This document shows, in pieces, positions 9,420 through 19,333 of a DNA stretch of 64,000 nucleotides. The notes below the pieces were generated by a model, which had not been told where the DNA came from, made no database searches, and saw nothing but the letters and a program-made list of their open reading frames with translations. This DNA is from a virus. Both the position numbers and the translations under genes were made by a program. The DNA lies in the IMG/VR virus record IMGVR_UViG_3300044675_005482, positions 1 through 64,000 of that record, one strand, 5' to 3'. The number at the start of each line of letters is the position of its first letter. The first letter of the stretch is position 1.

Positions 9420-9725
9420 GTGTCTAGAAAATTTCTAACCCCAATTACATTAGCGCTATTAGAGGAAAATCCAGCTAATCCAATTGCTGGCCAAATTTAT
9501 TATAATACCGCAGAACAAACAATCAAAGCCTACAATGGAGTTGTTTGGTATGATGTAGCTGGACCTAAAGAAATTTTGGAGCACAGTCACGGACAAGATG
9601 GCGCTGTAGATGAAGTATTATTTGCAGACTATGTAGATGAAGATAGAGTTTTTGCAAACTCTGGAAACATTAATTCAAATTTTATAGATGATTATATAGA
9701 TGGAGGTAATGCAAGTGGCAATTAG
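9420..9725 (+). CDS. Small fibre-associated protein (GTG start)
   Basis: N-terminus resembles 7948 (xRK(F/Y)L..PxAGQIY.NT). Confidence 0.6.
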   Translation: MSRKFLTPITLALLEENPANPIAGQIYYNTAEQTIKAYNGVVWYDVAGPKEILEHSHGQDGAVDEVLFADYVDEDRVFANSGNINSNFIDDYIDGGNASGN

Positions 9726-12700
9726 AATTCAATTACGTAGAGATATAGCAGCAAACTGGACATCTTTTAATCCAATTCTCCGTGCAGGAGAAATTGGTGT
9801 TGAAACAGACACTCAAAGAATTAAAATTGGTGATGGCTCAGGAACATGGTCATCAAGACCTTATATCAACGTACTTCCATCAGAACTTACAGAACTATCT
9901 CAAGATGCCGTAAACCAGGCTCTAACGGCTGGAAACGGCATTACAAAGGTATACGATGACAATGCCAATACACTTACCCTATCTGTAGACACATCAGTAA
10001 TTGCTAATAAGACATATGTTGACACAGCCGTATCTAACTTAATTGATGCCGCTCCAGCACTTTTAGACACATTAAATGAATTAGCTGCAGCAATTGGAGA
10101 CGACGCCAACTTTGTAACAACAATAACAAGTAATATTGCTACTGCAAAGTCTGAAGCAATATCAACATCTAATGCATACACAGACACCAGAGAGCTTGCA
10201 GAAGTACTTGCTAGAAATGCCGCAATATTAGTAGCTATAAACGCTCTCACAACATCGGATATTGAAGAAGGATCAAATCTTTACTTTACTGCAGAAAGAG
10301 CACAGGATGCTGTAAATGATGCTTTAATTGCTGGAAATGGAATTACAAAGGTTTACGATGATAATTCAAATACAATAACATTATCTATAACAAATTCAGT
10401 AATAGCCGAAGCAGCACAAGATGCCGTTAACGATGCATTTGTAGCAGGAACTGCTCTTACAAAAACATATGATGACGTAAATAATACAATATCAATAGAT
10501 TTAGATAATACAACAGTTGCGCCTGGAACCTACGGATCTCAAACAAAAATTCCTAGCTTTACAGTTGATGCTCAAGGTAGATTAACTGAAGCATCAGAAA
10601 CAGATGTAGCAACAACACTTACAGTTAATGGAGATACTGGAACAACTGGTATATCCTTGCTCACAGAGTCTCTGCAGGTTTCTGGCGGAGAAGGAATTAA
10701 TATTGATGTAACAAATAACGAAATTACAATATCTGGTGAAGACGCTTCTGACACAAATAAAGGTATAGCATCATTTAATTCAACAGACTTTACTGTATCA
10801 TCTGGAAACGTATCTTTGAATAAAGACCCAGTCATTACACTTTCAGGAGATGTAACTGGAACTGGAACAATGACCAACCTTGGTAGCGTAAATATAACTA
10901 CTACAATAGAAAATAATTCTATTACACTTGGAACTGATACAGTCGGAAATTATGTAGCGGGAATAGCTGGAACAACAAATGAAATTGAAGTTACTGGATC
11001 TGGATCTGAAACAGCGTCTGTTCAAATAGGACTTCCTTCTGACGTAAGTATTACAAATGATTTGCATGTTGGAAATAACTTAGAAATCATGGGTAACTTA
11101 ACAGTTAATGGTACAACAACAACAATTAACTCATCAACTATTTCTGTGGACGATAAGTTTATTGAGCTTGGAGCTATTACAACACCAACAGATATTACTG
11201 CTGACGGCGGAGGTATTTCTCTTAAAGGAACTACAGATAAGCACCTTTATTGGTACAATACAACAGATGCTTGGACATCTTCAGAAAACATTGATATTCA
11301 TACTGGAAGAGCATTCATGGTTAATGAAGTTCCAGTGCTTACAGCAGACTCAGTCCTTAATATTCAAAAAGATAATTTAGGTAAAATCACACAAAAGGTT
11401 GCTGCTGATTTCTTCTCAAACCAAGTTCTAAGAAACGGTGAGATTGGATTTGAGACAGATACCCTGCAAATGAAAATTGGCGACGGAGTAAAATCTTGGG
11501 CCCAGCTAGAATATATAACAGTTACTCCAGACGGACTTCAGAATAATCTTGGAGACTATATTCCATTGTCAGATCTAGGTGTTGAAGATGGTGCAGTAAA
11601 GTTTGATAGCAACGGAAATGCTTTAATATTAAATAATATTATATTAAATTCCGATCATACTGGAGCACCACAATCAGGTACATTTAGCGGAATTACTGTA
11701 GAAAGAGGAACCTCTATTGATGCCTCTATTTTGTGGGACGAAACACAAGATAAGTGGGTAATGTCAGAAGACAATGGAAATTCAGTAAACCCAATAGCAT
11801 CAACAACATATGTTTCACAGTCTTTGGGCGGACATAATGAGTCTACAACTGGAATTCACGGAATATCAAACACCGCAGACCTTGTATATGATATTGATTT
11901 AAATTTAGCAATAACAGCATCTGAAAACATTTTAGAGGCATACACAGATACTCAGATTACAACACATAATACAGATACAACAAACGTTCATGGTATTACA
12001 GACACGGCTCAGCTAGTTACAAACGCTATTTTAAGCTCAAATATTCAAACAACAATTGATTATGTTGACTCAAGCGTTGCGGATCTTGGTATAGATGTTG
12101 CTAGTAATTTATCTCTACATGCCACCGATACAACTGGAATACATGGGATTACAGATACATCCGAATTAGCATATTTAGCAGATGTTTCAGCAGCTGCATC
12201 AACTGCAGCTTCAGAATTATCACTGCATTCTAATGACACAACAAACATTCATGGAATTGCCAATACCGCAGACCTTGCAACAAAGACATACGCTGATGCA
12301 TCATCAGCCGCAGCTTTAGTTTCAGCTAATTCATATACTGATGGAGAAATAACTCAATTAGAACAAAATGTTGCTGCCGACTTGACAACACTTCAATCAT
12401 CAATGGAAGACTATACAGATTACGGTATAGGACAAGAAGTTATTGCCAGAAATTCTGCAATTGCAACTTCTACTTCTAATCACAATAGCTCTACAACTTC
12501 AGTTCACGGTATTGCAGATACAGCAGCACTTGCTACAAAAACATATGCTGATAATGCGGTATCTACACACGAATCAGATACAACAAACATCCACGGAATT
12601 GCAAACACTGCTGATTTAGCAACTAAAACATATGCAGATTCTTCTTCTTCAACCGCCGCTGGATCAGCACAGAGCGCTGCACAAACATACGCAGACGGAG

Positions 12701-13896
12701 TGGTAGATACTCATAGACTAGATACTACAGATGTCCACGGAATATCAAATACAGCTAATTTAGTATACACATCAGATGCAAGACTTATAGATATGAGAAC
12801 CCCAGCTGATTTATCTGTAACAACTGAAAAAATAGTTAATCTTGCCGTAACCAACGATAAACTTGCGGGATCAATAGCACAATCTAAGATTACAAATCTT
12901 GAAACAGATTTAGGGTTAAAGGCACCAGCAGCAAGCCCAACATTTACTGGTTCAATAACAATGCCAGGAATAATTTCTGTTGTAGATCCTTCAGAAGCAA
13001 TTGTTTCAGTAGATTTATCTAATTTGCAAGACTTAACTGGAACAATTACTAGCCTACTTAATTTAAAATCAGATTTATCTAGCCCTACATTTACTGGAAC
13101 TCCATTAGCGCCAACAGCTACTTCTGGAACCAATACAACACAAATTGCAACAACAGAATTTGTTACCACTAGCATAAATGATTTAATTAATGCCGCACCA
13201 GGAGCGCTAGATACTCTTGACGAGCTTGCAGCAGCCTTAGGAGATGATGCAAATTTTGCAACAACAATAACATCTTCAATTGCCCTAAAAGCTCCGTTAG
13301 CATCTCCAACATTTACTGGCACTGTAATTCTTCCAAATTCAACAATTACAGAAGCTATGATAAGCGACGGATCTATTACAAATGCTAAGATTAGCGCAAG
13401 CGCAGCAATAGATCAATCAAAGATTTCAGGGTTGGCTACTTCCCTGAATTTAAAGGCAAATCTTGCCTCTCCAACATTTACTGGAACAGTAACAGTACCA
13501 ACACCAGTAAATCCAACAGATGCCGTAACTAAAGCATATGTTGACTCTGGAGCTCAAGACATAATTCCTTTAGATAATTTAAATAGTCAGTTTAACGGAG
13601 CCGAATCTCGGTTCCTGCCAAAATTCAATAACACCAAGGTAGATATAACAAACCCACTTCGACTTTTGATATCCATTAATGGTATAATTCAAATACTAGG
13701 AAATCAAGATAATCATTGGTTATCTCCGATATCGCAGGACGGGTTCTTTGTAGATTCCGACGGTTATTTGAACTTTGGTGAACCAGTACCAAAAGGATCT
13801 ACATTTGATGGAAGAGTAATGGGTGGTCCAACTACCAACTCTCTCAAAAAATCTCAGTATCCGTTTAGACCAATAGACATATTATTAGGAGCGTAA
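9715..13896 (+). CDS. Long fibre protein with two Mtd_N-like domains and His-pair repeats
   Basis: IQLRRD.AANW..NP.L..GEIG.ETDT..KIGDG (second partial copy near 11420-11515); AAP.xLDTL.ELAAA.GDDANF x2; SPTFTG repeats; GTG start behind GGAGG. Confidence 0.8.
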   Translation: MAIRIQLRRDIAANWTSFNPILRAGEIGVETDTQRIKIGDGSGTWSSRPYINVLPSELTELSQDAVNQALTAGNGITKVYDDNANTLTLSVDTSVIANKTYVDTAVSNLIDAAPALLDTLNELAAAIGDDANFVTTITSNIATAKSEAISTSNAYTDTRELAEVLARNAAILVAINALTTSDIEEGSNLYFTAERAQDAVNDALIAGNGITKVYDDNSNTITLSITNSVIAEAAQDAVNDAFVAGTALTKTYDDVNNTISIDLDNTTVAPGTYGSQTKIPSFTVDAQGRLTEASETDVATTLTVNGDTGTTGISLLTESLQVSGGEGINIDVTNNEITISGEDASDTNKGIASFNSTDFTVSSGNVSLNKDPVITLSGDVTGTGTMTNLGSVNITTTIENNSITLGTDTVGNYVAGIAGTTNEIEVTGSGSETASVQIGLPSDVSITNDLHVGNNLEIMGNLTVNGTTTTINSSTISVDDKFIELGAITTPTDITADGGGISLKGTTDKHLYWYNTTDAWTSSENIDIHTGRAFMVNEVPVLTADSVLNIQKDNLGKITQKVAADFFSNQVLRNGEIGFETDTLQMKIGDGVKSWAQLEYITVTPDGLQNNLGDYIPLSDLGVEDGAVKFDSNGNALILNNIILNSDHTGAPQSGTFSGITVERGTSIDASILWDETQDKWVMSEDNGNSVNPIASTTYVSQSLGGHNESTTGIHGISNTADLVYDIDLNLAITASENILEAYTDTQITTHNTDTTNVHGITDTAQLVTNAILSSNIQTTIDYVDSSVADLGIDVASNLSLHATDTTGIHGITDTSELAYLADVSAAASTAASELSLHSNDTTNIHGIANTADLATKTYADASSAAALVSANSYTDGEITQLEQNVAADLTTLQSSMEDYTDYGIGQEVIARNSAIATSTSNHNSSTTSVHGIADTAALATKTYADNAVSTHESDTTNIHGIANTADLATKTYADSSSSTAAGSAQSAAQTYADGVVDTHRLDTTDVHGISNTANLVYTSDARLIDMRTPADLSVTTEKIVNLAVTNDKLAGSIAQSKITNLETDLGLKAPAASPTFTGSITMPGIISVVDPSEAIVSVDLSNLQDLTGTITSLLNLKSDLSSPTFTGTPLAPTATSGTNTTQIATTEFVTTSINDLINAAPGALDTLDELAAALGDDANFATTITSSIALKAPLASPTFTGTVILPNSTITEAMISDGSITNAKISASAAIDQSKISGLATSLNLKANLASPTFTGTVTVPTPVNPTDAVTKAYVDSGAQDIIPLDNLNSQFNGAESRFLPKFNNTKVDITNPLRLLISINGIIQILGNQDNHWLSPISQDGFFVDSDGYLNFGEPVPKGSTFDGRVMGGPTTNSLKKSQYPFRPIDILLGA
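11833..12762 (+). repeat. Seven HxxxTTxxHGIxxTxxL protein repeats
   Basis: e.g. HNESTTGIHGISNTADL, HNTDTTNVHGITDTAQL, HESDTTNIHGIANTADL. Confidence 0.85.
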
Positions 13897-13900
13897 GCAC

Positions 13901-16900
13901 ATGGCAAGAAAAGTACTTTTGGAGACACATTACACATTTTCTCCAACCACAAAGACATTAGTAATCCCAAAGGCAATCCCAAGAGAAAGATTGCTTCTTA
14001 TAACAAACGTAACACAGAATCAGGTAATCTATAACTTCTCTGACGCATCACTCAGCGCTACATCATACGTAGCACTTGAGCAGAATGGCACAGAGACCAC
14101 AACTATTGTATTTAACTACAATACAGCATCAATGCTATCAACAGACAAGATTTCTGTAACCATTGATGACTATGAGGAGACATTTACTCCAACAGAATCA
14201 ATGTTGGATCCAACAAACAAGTTTAGAGTAACACAGCCACAAGCCCTCATTGATACAGATTTTGAATACGGTACACAGGTTTCTAAATGGGAAAATTTAT
14301 CTCTTTATAACAACAAGCCATTTGCATACGCTTCACCAACACCTATTCAGAATATTGGTTCAATTACATTTCCTACATCTTCAGCAACAGTTACAGTTGC
14401 ACTAACATCTGGAGTAGGTCCAGCAAACGGAACACCAATTACCGTTCAAGATACTTATATCACAGCAGCAAATGGAAACTATGTTGTAGAAACTGGCGGA
14501 GGAACCTCATCTTTCACATATACAGCATCAGCAAAAAATCCAAGCGCTAACATTCAGTCTATCCTAGATCCAAATAAGACAGCAATTTATACATCTCAAA
14601 TATTTACTGGAGCTAGAGTCGGATTTATTCCCGTAGTAAGCTATTCATCAAATAGAATTGATGTAACTACCACTGTAGACCACGGTCTTGCACTGGGTAA
14701 CGAAATTGTTGTAACTGGAATGACAGCTACCACAAACGCTCCAAATGGAAACTTTGTTGTAGCAACAATTCTTTCACCAACAAGATTTGCTTATTTTGCA
14801 AACGCTGTTCCAACAGGAACATTGGGTGGTCCAACAGCTATTTATGTAAGACCACAAGGAGTATTCTTGCACAGACCAGCAGACGGTGGAGTTATTTTCG
14901 GAACTCAAGCTGGATCAAACTACGGAGAAGCTTATCGTCAAACACGTCGTTACTTTAGATATCAGTCAGGTAAAGGCATTCAAATGTCTTCAGGTACAAT
15001 TCTAAAGCCATACGCAGGTATTGACTCAATTACTTCTTCAGGAACAACAGTAACTGTTGTAACAAAAGAAAAGCACTGTATCCAGCCAGGAACAATCATT
15101 AAGATTGGCGGTTGCGATCAGGCAGCATATAACGGAACATTCGTTATTAACAATATCTTAGGATATAACAGATTCTCATACACAGCACTATCTACGCCAA
15201 CAAGCGCAATTGCTACAGGAAACCCATTTGCTTCAATTGAATCTTGGTATGGATGCCAGAACAGACTAGGTTTGTTTGATAATCAGAATGGCGTGTTCTT
15301 TGAGTATGACGGAACAAAGCTTTATGCTGTCCGTAGAAACTCAACAACACAATTATCTGGTAAGGTAAACGTAACATTCGGTTCAGATGTAGTAACACAA
15401 TCTGCAGCAGAATTTCCAACATATATGAATAAGCAACTTATTCCAGGAGACTCAATTGTTATTAGAGGACAATCATACAAGGTTTCTTCAATTACAAATG
15501 ATACTACAATGAAGATTTCTCCAGCTTATAGAGGAGCAACAGCTTCATTATGTATCTATTCAAAGACAATTGATACAAGAATTCCTCAAGATCAATTCAA
15601 TATGGATAAAGCAGACGGAACAGGTCCATCACAGTACACAATGGATCTTTCAAAGATGCAGATGTTCTACATTGACTACACTTGGTACGGAGCAGGATTT
15701 ATCCGTTGGGGTGTAAGAGGTCCTAAGGGTAACATTATTTATTTACACAAGATGCAAAATAACAATGTTAATACAGAGGCATACATGCGCTCAGGTAACC
15801 TTCCAGGACGTTATTCATCAACAACAAATCCTCCGTTTACAAGCGCAACAGACACTATTCTAACAAGCTCAACATCTATTCCAGTTAATAGTACAGAATC
15901 GTTTCCAACAGCGGGAACCTTATGTATTAGAAATGGTTCACAGTACGAGTACGTAAACTATTCAGGTAAAACAGCAACATCCTTTACTGGGTTAATTCGT
16001 GCAAGACAAGGAGCTTCTGGTGTCGTAATGACAATCGGCGCAGGAAACAATATCGGAACTATTTCCGATGGCCTAGTACTTGCAAAACTTCAAGTCGGTA
16101 TGAGAGCAATTAGCTCAGAGCTTCCAGATGAAGCATTTATTTCAGCAATTAATTATGACACAGGTGTTGTTACATTAAGTCAGCCAACAGTAACAGCAAA
16201 CCCTACAGTTAGCTTCCCTGCAATGGGTTCAGATGTTCCACTACAGTTCACTCTCGATCCATTCTCACCAACTTGTGTGGAACTAGCATTCCCATCATTT
16301 GCAGCAACAATTTCACACTGGGGAACATCTGTAATTATGGATGGTCGCTACGACGAAGATAAGTCTCTTATCTTTACTTATGGACAAAGAACTGCAACAT
16401 CAATTCCTGCTGGACAAACAAGAGCACTTCTTTCAATTCGATGTGCACCTTCTGCAGATAATGGTATCGCAGCATCATTTGGTGCTCGTGAAGTAGTCAA
16501 TAGAATGCAGCTAGCACTTAGAGCGCTAGATGTTACAGCATCAGCTGGTACAGGTACACCAACAATCCTTGTAACTGCAACTCTTAATGGATTACCTTCA
16601 AGCGCAACTACATGGACAAATGCAATTGGTAACGTAACAACCCTTGTCAACTCATCACTTGCACAGATTGCAGATTACTCTGGTACATCTACCACAATTA
16701 CTGGCGGAGAAGTAACTGGCGGATTCTTCTCTCAGGGAACAAACTCTGTTGATCTTTCAACTCTTCGTGACCTAGGAAACTCAATTCTTGGTGGAGGAGG
16801 AACAGTTTCTAACGCTGGAATTTTCCCAGACGGACCAGATGTGCTTACAATTTCTGTAACAAATCTTGGTTCATCAACAGCAAGCGTGTTCTCTCGTCTA

Positions 16901-16924
16901 TCATGGACAGAAGCATCAGCATAA
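13901..16924 (+). CDS. Large beta-rich virion structural protein
   Basis: Thr/Ser/Gly-rich; repeated small beta modules (H(G/C)x..G..I...G....NG.F.V); context among fibre genes. Confidence 0.65.
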   Translation: MARKVLLETHYTFSPTTKTLVIPKAIPRERLLLITNVTQNQVIYNFSDASLSATSYVALEQNGTETTTIVFNYNTASMLSTDKISVTIDDYEETFTPTESMLDPTNKFRVTQPQALIDTDFEYGTQVSKWENLSLYNNKPFAYASPTPIQNIGSITFPTSSATVTVALTSGVGPANGTPITVQDTYITAANGNYVVETGGGTSSFTYTASAKNPSANIQSILDPNKTAIYTSQIFTGARVGFIPVVSYSSNRIDVTTTVDHGLALGNEIVVTGMTATTNAPNGNFVVATILSPTRFAYFANAVPTGTLGGPTAIYVRPQGVFLHRPADGGVIFGTQAGSNYGEAYRQTRRYFRYQSGKGIQMSSGTILKPYAGIDSITSSGTTVTVVTKEKHCIQPGTIIKIGGCDQAAYNGTFVINNILGYNRFSYTALSTPTSAIATGNPFASIESWYGCQNRLGLFDNQNGVFFEYDGTKLYAVRRNSTTQLSGKVNVTFGSDVVTQSAAEFPTYMNKQLIPGDSIVIRGQSYKVSSITNDTTMKISPAYRGATASLCIYSKTIDTRIPQDQFNMDKADGTGPSQYTMDLSKMQMFYIDYTWYGAGFIRWGVRGPKGNIIYLHKMQNNNVNTEAYMRSGNLPGRYSSTTNPPFTSATDTILTSSTSIPVNSTESFPTAGTLCIRNGSQYEYVNYSGKTATSFTGLIRARQGASGVVMTIGAGNNIGTISDGLVLAKLQVGMRAISSELPDEAFISAINYDTGVVTLSQPTVTANPTVSFPAMGSDVPLQFTLDPFSPTCVELAFPSFAATISHWGTSVIMDGRYDEDKSLIFTYGQRTATSIPAGQTRALLSIRCAPSADNGIAASFGAREVVNRMQLALRALDVTASAGTGTPTILVTATLNGLPSSATTWTNAIGNVTTLVNSSLAQIADYSGTSTTITGGEVTGGFFSQGTNSVDLSTLRDLGNSILGGGGTVSNAGIFPDGPDVLTISVTNLGSSTASVFSRLSWTEASA

Positions 16925-16946
16925 TAGAAAATAAGGGGGACACAAA

Positions 16947-17450
16947 ATGTCTATACAAAAAGTAAAAATACCTTATAACGCTGAATTGTCTGTTAAAACA
17001 TTATCAGTTTCTGACGAAGTTGGTTTTAATGGTAACGTAACATTAGGTGGCAACATAAAGCTTACTGGGTCTCTAGATACGTCTAGCGGCTCAGTAAGCT
17101 TCACCGATGGAGTTCAGAGTAAACAAGGTGTCCCGTCTATAACAAAGATTAATCAAGTATATAATAACTACACTTTATCTGCTTCAGATTTAAGAGATTC
17201 TATAATCGAAATGAGTTTAAAAACTGCTGGAACAGTAACTATACCAGCAGACTCACCAGCATTGACTTTTCCAATAGGAACAACAATAGATATTATCCAA
17301 GCTAATAGCGGACAGATAACAATAGTTCCTGGAACTGGAGTAATTCTTAATGGAACCCCAGGATTTAAAATAAGATCACAGTGGTCTATTGTAACAATTT
17401 TAAAACGAGATGCGAATACCTGGTTGGTATTTGGCGACTTAACTGCGTAG
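16947..17450 (+). CDS. Fibre-associated structural protein
   Basis: TVTIP..FPIGT.I.IIQ..GQ..KIRSQWS..W..FGDL, a common phage fibre C-terminal module. Confidence 0.6.
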   Translation: MSIQKVKIPYNAELSVKTLSVSDEVGFNGNVTLGGNIKLTGSLDTSSGSVSFTDGVQSKQGVPSITKINQVYNNYTLSASDLRDSIIEMSLKTAGTVTIPADSPALTFPIGTTIDIIQANSGQITIVPGTGVILNGTPGFKIRSQWSIVTILKRDANTWLVFGDLTA

Positions 17451-17459
17451 GAGAACTAA

Positions 17460-19310
17460 ATGGGTAAAAAAGTTGGAATTCAAGCATCAGCCGCTGGAGA
17501 TTTTGAAGCGCCATTAGCGCCTCTTAATCCCGTAGCAACAGATGTTGGAACTAACAGACTTTTTAATAATGGAGCTGCTACAGTATCTTTTTCTATTGAC
17601 CCATTAAGTACAGTACCTACTGCCTTTGTAGTAACATCTAGCCCAGGAAACTTTACTGGAGAAGGATCAGCATCACCAATTACGGTTTCTGGATTACAAA
17701 GTAATGTAAATTACACATTTAAAGTAACTGCAAGCAATGCCAATGGAAACTCAGTAGAATCAGTTGCATCTAATCAAATATTGGTAACAACTGTTCCAGG
17801 TGTTCCAAGAACACCAAGCGCATCTTCTTCAACAGCAGATCAGGACACAGTGACATGGACTGCACCAGCAAATGATGGCGGAAAACCAATTGCAAGTTAT
17901 ACAGTTAGCTCAAGTGATACTTCTGCTCAATTACCAAAATCTATATTTAAGCAGATGTCTGGCGGTTCAGGACAAACAACTATTAACGTTGACGACAATG
18001 TTGGATTAGTAGTAGGCAATAAGGTTACTGGAATAGGAATTGGTACAAATGCAGCAATTCAAGCTATCAATGGAACAACAATAACATTAACTGTTGCAAA
18101 TTCTGGAAATGTTCCATTACAAGATGGTAAGTTTACAGATCATGCTGATACTCAAACAGGACCTATTTATTTAAATGCCACATCTCCATTAGTAATTTCA
18201 GAATTAGGTGGAACATCTCAGTCATATAACATTGTTGCTATTAATGCTAATGGAACTTCCGTTCCAGCAATTACATCACAAGTAACTACATTCTTTTCCC
18301 CACCACGCTTCTTTGGGCCACCAGCATTCTTTACGCCACCACAATTCTTTACGCCACCACAATTCTTTAGTCCTCCAAGCTTCTTTTCACCACCAAGCTT
18401 CTTTTCACCACCAGGATTCTTCTCTCCACCACGCTTCTTTTCACCACCAGGATTCTTCTCTCCACCACGCTTCTTCGGTCCTCCATTCTTCTTTGGGCCC
18501 CCAGTATTCTTTGGACCTCCAGTATTCTTTTCCCCACCTAGATTTTTCTCCCCACCAGGTTTCTTTTCACCACCAGTTTTCTTTGGTCCTCCACGATTCT
18601 TCGGCCCTCCAGGATTCTTCGGCCCTCCAGCATTCTTTACACCTCCACGCTTCTTCGGCCCCCCAGGATTCTTTGGCCCACCAGGGTTCTTCTCACCACC
18701 AAGATTCTTCTCACCACCTAGATTCTTCGGCCCACCAGGGTTCTTCTCACCACCAAGATTCTTCTCACCACCTAGATTTTGCATTCAAGAGGACACACCA
18801 GTTCTTACAAAAGACGGGTACAAAAAGGCAAAGGATATTTCTATTGGAGATACTCTATCAACACTTACTTTTGATGAAATAACACATGGAGCAGATAACT
18901 GTGCCTATGGGGTAGTTACAGTAGAGTGTTCAGAAATAGTAAACTCATGGTCTGTTGATGAATTAAAAAATTATAAGACGCTAGACTCCAAGGTTACTAA
19001 TATTTTAACTGAAACTCATTACAAAACTGTTGTTATTAATGACGATCAGACAAAAAGATTCTCTTTTAAAGAAGATGTTTTAATTCACAGAGACAATAAA
19101 TATGTTATTGTAACGGTTGAAAACCTTTCTGTAGGAGATTCGCTAGTTATTTATTCAGAAGGCTCTATTAGTTTAGTTCCAATAACTAGTTTAACATCTA
19201 TAAAAGAAAAAACAAATACAATTCTTTTCTATAGAGAGCCATACGGCATGATTGTTGCTGGAGGTATGCTTGCATACAATGGATGTCCAGTCCATATGTT
19301 GACTAACTAG
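17460..19310 (+). CDS. FN3-domain protein with 27x FF[S/G/T]PPx repeat and C-terminal Hint (Hedgehog/intein-like) domain
   Basis: FN3 motifs (GLQSNVNYTFKVTASNANG; WTAPANDGG.PI.SY); repeat aa 278-439; Hint block A CIQEDTPVLT.DG.K...ISIGD from C441; ENLSVGD; C-terminal AGGMLAYN. Confidence 0.85.
   Translation: MGKKVGIQASAAGDFEAPLAPLNPVATDVGTNRLFNNGAATVSFSIDPLSTVPTAFVVTSSPGNFTGEGSASPITVSGLQSNVNYTFKVTASNANGNSVESVASNQILVTTVPGVPRTPSASSSTADQDTVTWTAPANDGGKPIASYTVSSSDTSAQLPKSIFKQMSGGSGQTTINVDDNVGLVVGNKVTGIGIGTNAAIQAINGTTITLTVANSGNVPLQDGKFTDHADTQTGPIYLNATSPLVISELGGTSQSYNIVAINANGTSVPAITSQVTTFFSPPRFFGPPAFFTPPQFFTPPQFFSPPSFFSPPSFFSPPGFFSPPRFFSPPGFFSPPRFFGPPFFFGPPVFFGPPVFFSPPRFFSPPGFFSPPVFFGPPRFFGPPGFFGPPAFFTPPRFFGPPGFFGPPGFFSPPRFFSPPRFFGPPGFFSPPRFFSPPRFCIQEDTPVLTKDGYKKAKDISIGDTLSTLTFDEITHGADNCAYGVVTVECSEIVNSWSVDELKNYKTLDSKVTNILTETHYKTVVINDDQTKRFSFKEDVLIHRDNKYVIVTVENLSVGDSLVIYSEGSISLVPITSLTSIKEKTNTILFYREPYGMIVAGGMLAYNGCPVHMLTN
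18291..18776 (+). repeat. 27 tandem 18-nt units encoding FF[S/G/T]PP[R/G/S/Q/V/A/F]
   Basis: 486 nt = 27x18 with no indels; synonymous variation between units; nested near-exact 36-nt and 54-nt duplications. Confidence 0.97.
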
Positions 19311-19327
19311 ATATTAAATGCTAAAGT
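19299..19327 (+). promoter_or_regulatory. Sigma70-type promoter giving a probable leaderless mRNA for the oxygenase operon
   Basis: TTGACT-N17-TAAAGT (TG extended), 6 nt before ATG 19334, no SD. Confidence 0.7.
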
Positions 19328-19333
19328 AGTAAC

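Noticed and set aside
9715-13896. Mtd_N domains suggesting a diversity-generating retroelement
   Set aside because: Mtd_N is a generic fibre N-terminal module; no RT, TR/VR pair or C-type lectin C-terminus was seen.
9900-16650. Numerous antisense ORFs within the fibre genes (and likewise within the tape measure, nrdJ and dnaE)
   Set aside because: Expected shadows of codon-biased genes; no recognisable motifs or initiation signals.
18291-18776. Possible CRISPR array or DGR template/variable repeat
   Set aside because: Units are contiguous 18-mers with no spacers, there is no adenine-specific variation, and no cas or reverse transcriptase gene is in the window.
18218-18784. Antisense ORF with GG[E/P/V]K[N/K] repeats (188 aa)
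   Set aside because: Shadow of the FFxPPx repeat: the reverse complements of Phe/Pro codons give Lys/Asn/Gly and rarely stops. No SD or operon context.
18313-18882. His/Ser-rich alternative-frame ORF (189 aa)
   Set aside because: Frame-shifted reading of the same repeat; variation is synonymous only in the FFxPPx frame.
18780-19310. Mobile intein
   Set aside because: No homing endonuclease, no block B His, Gly at +1 and only a 9-aa C-terminal remainder; better read as a Hint autoprocessing-type domain.
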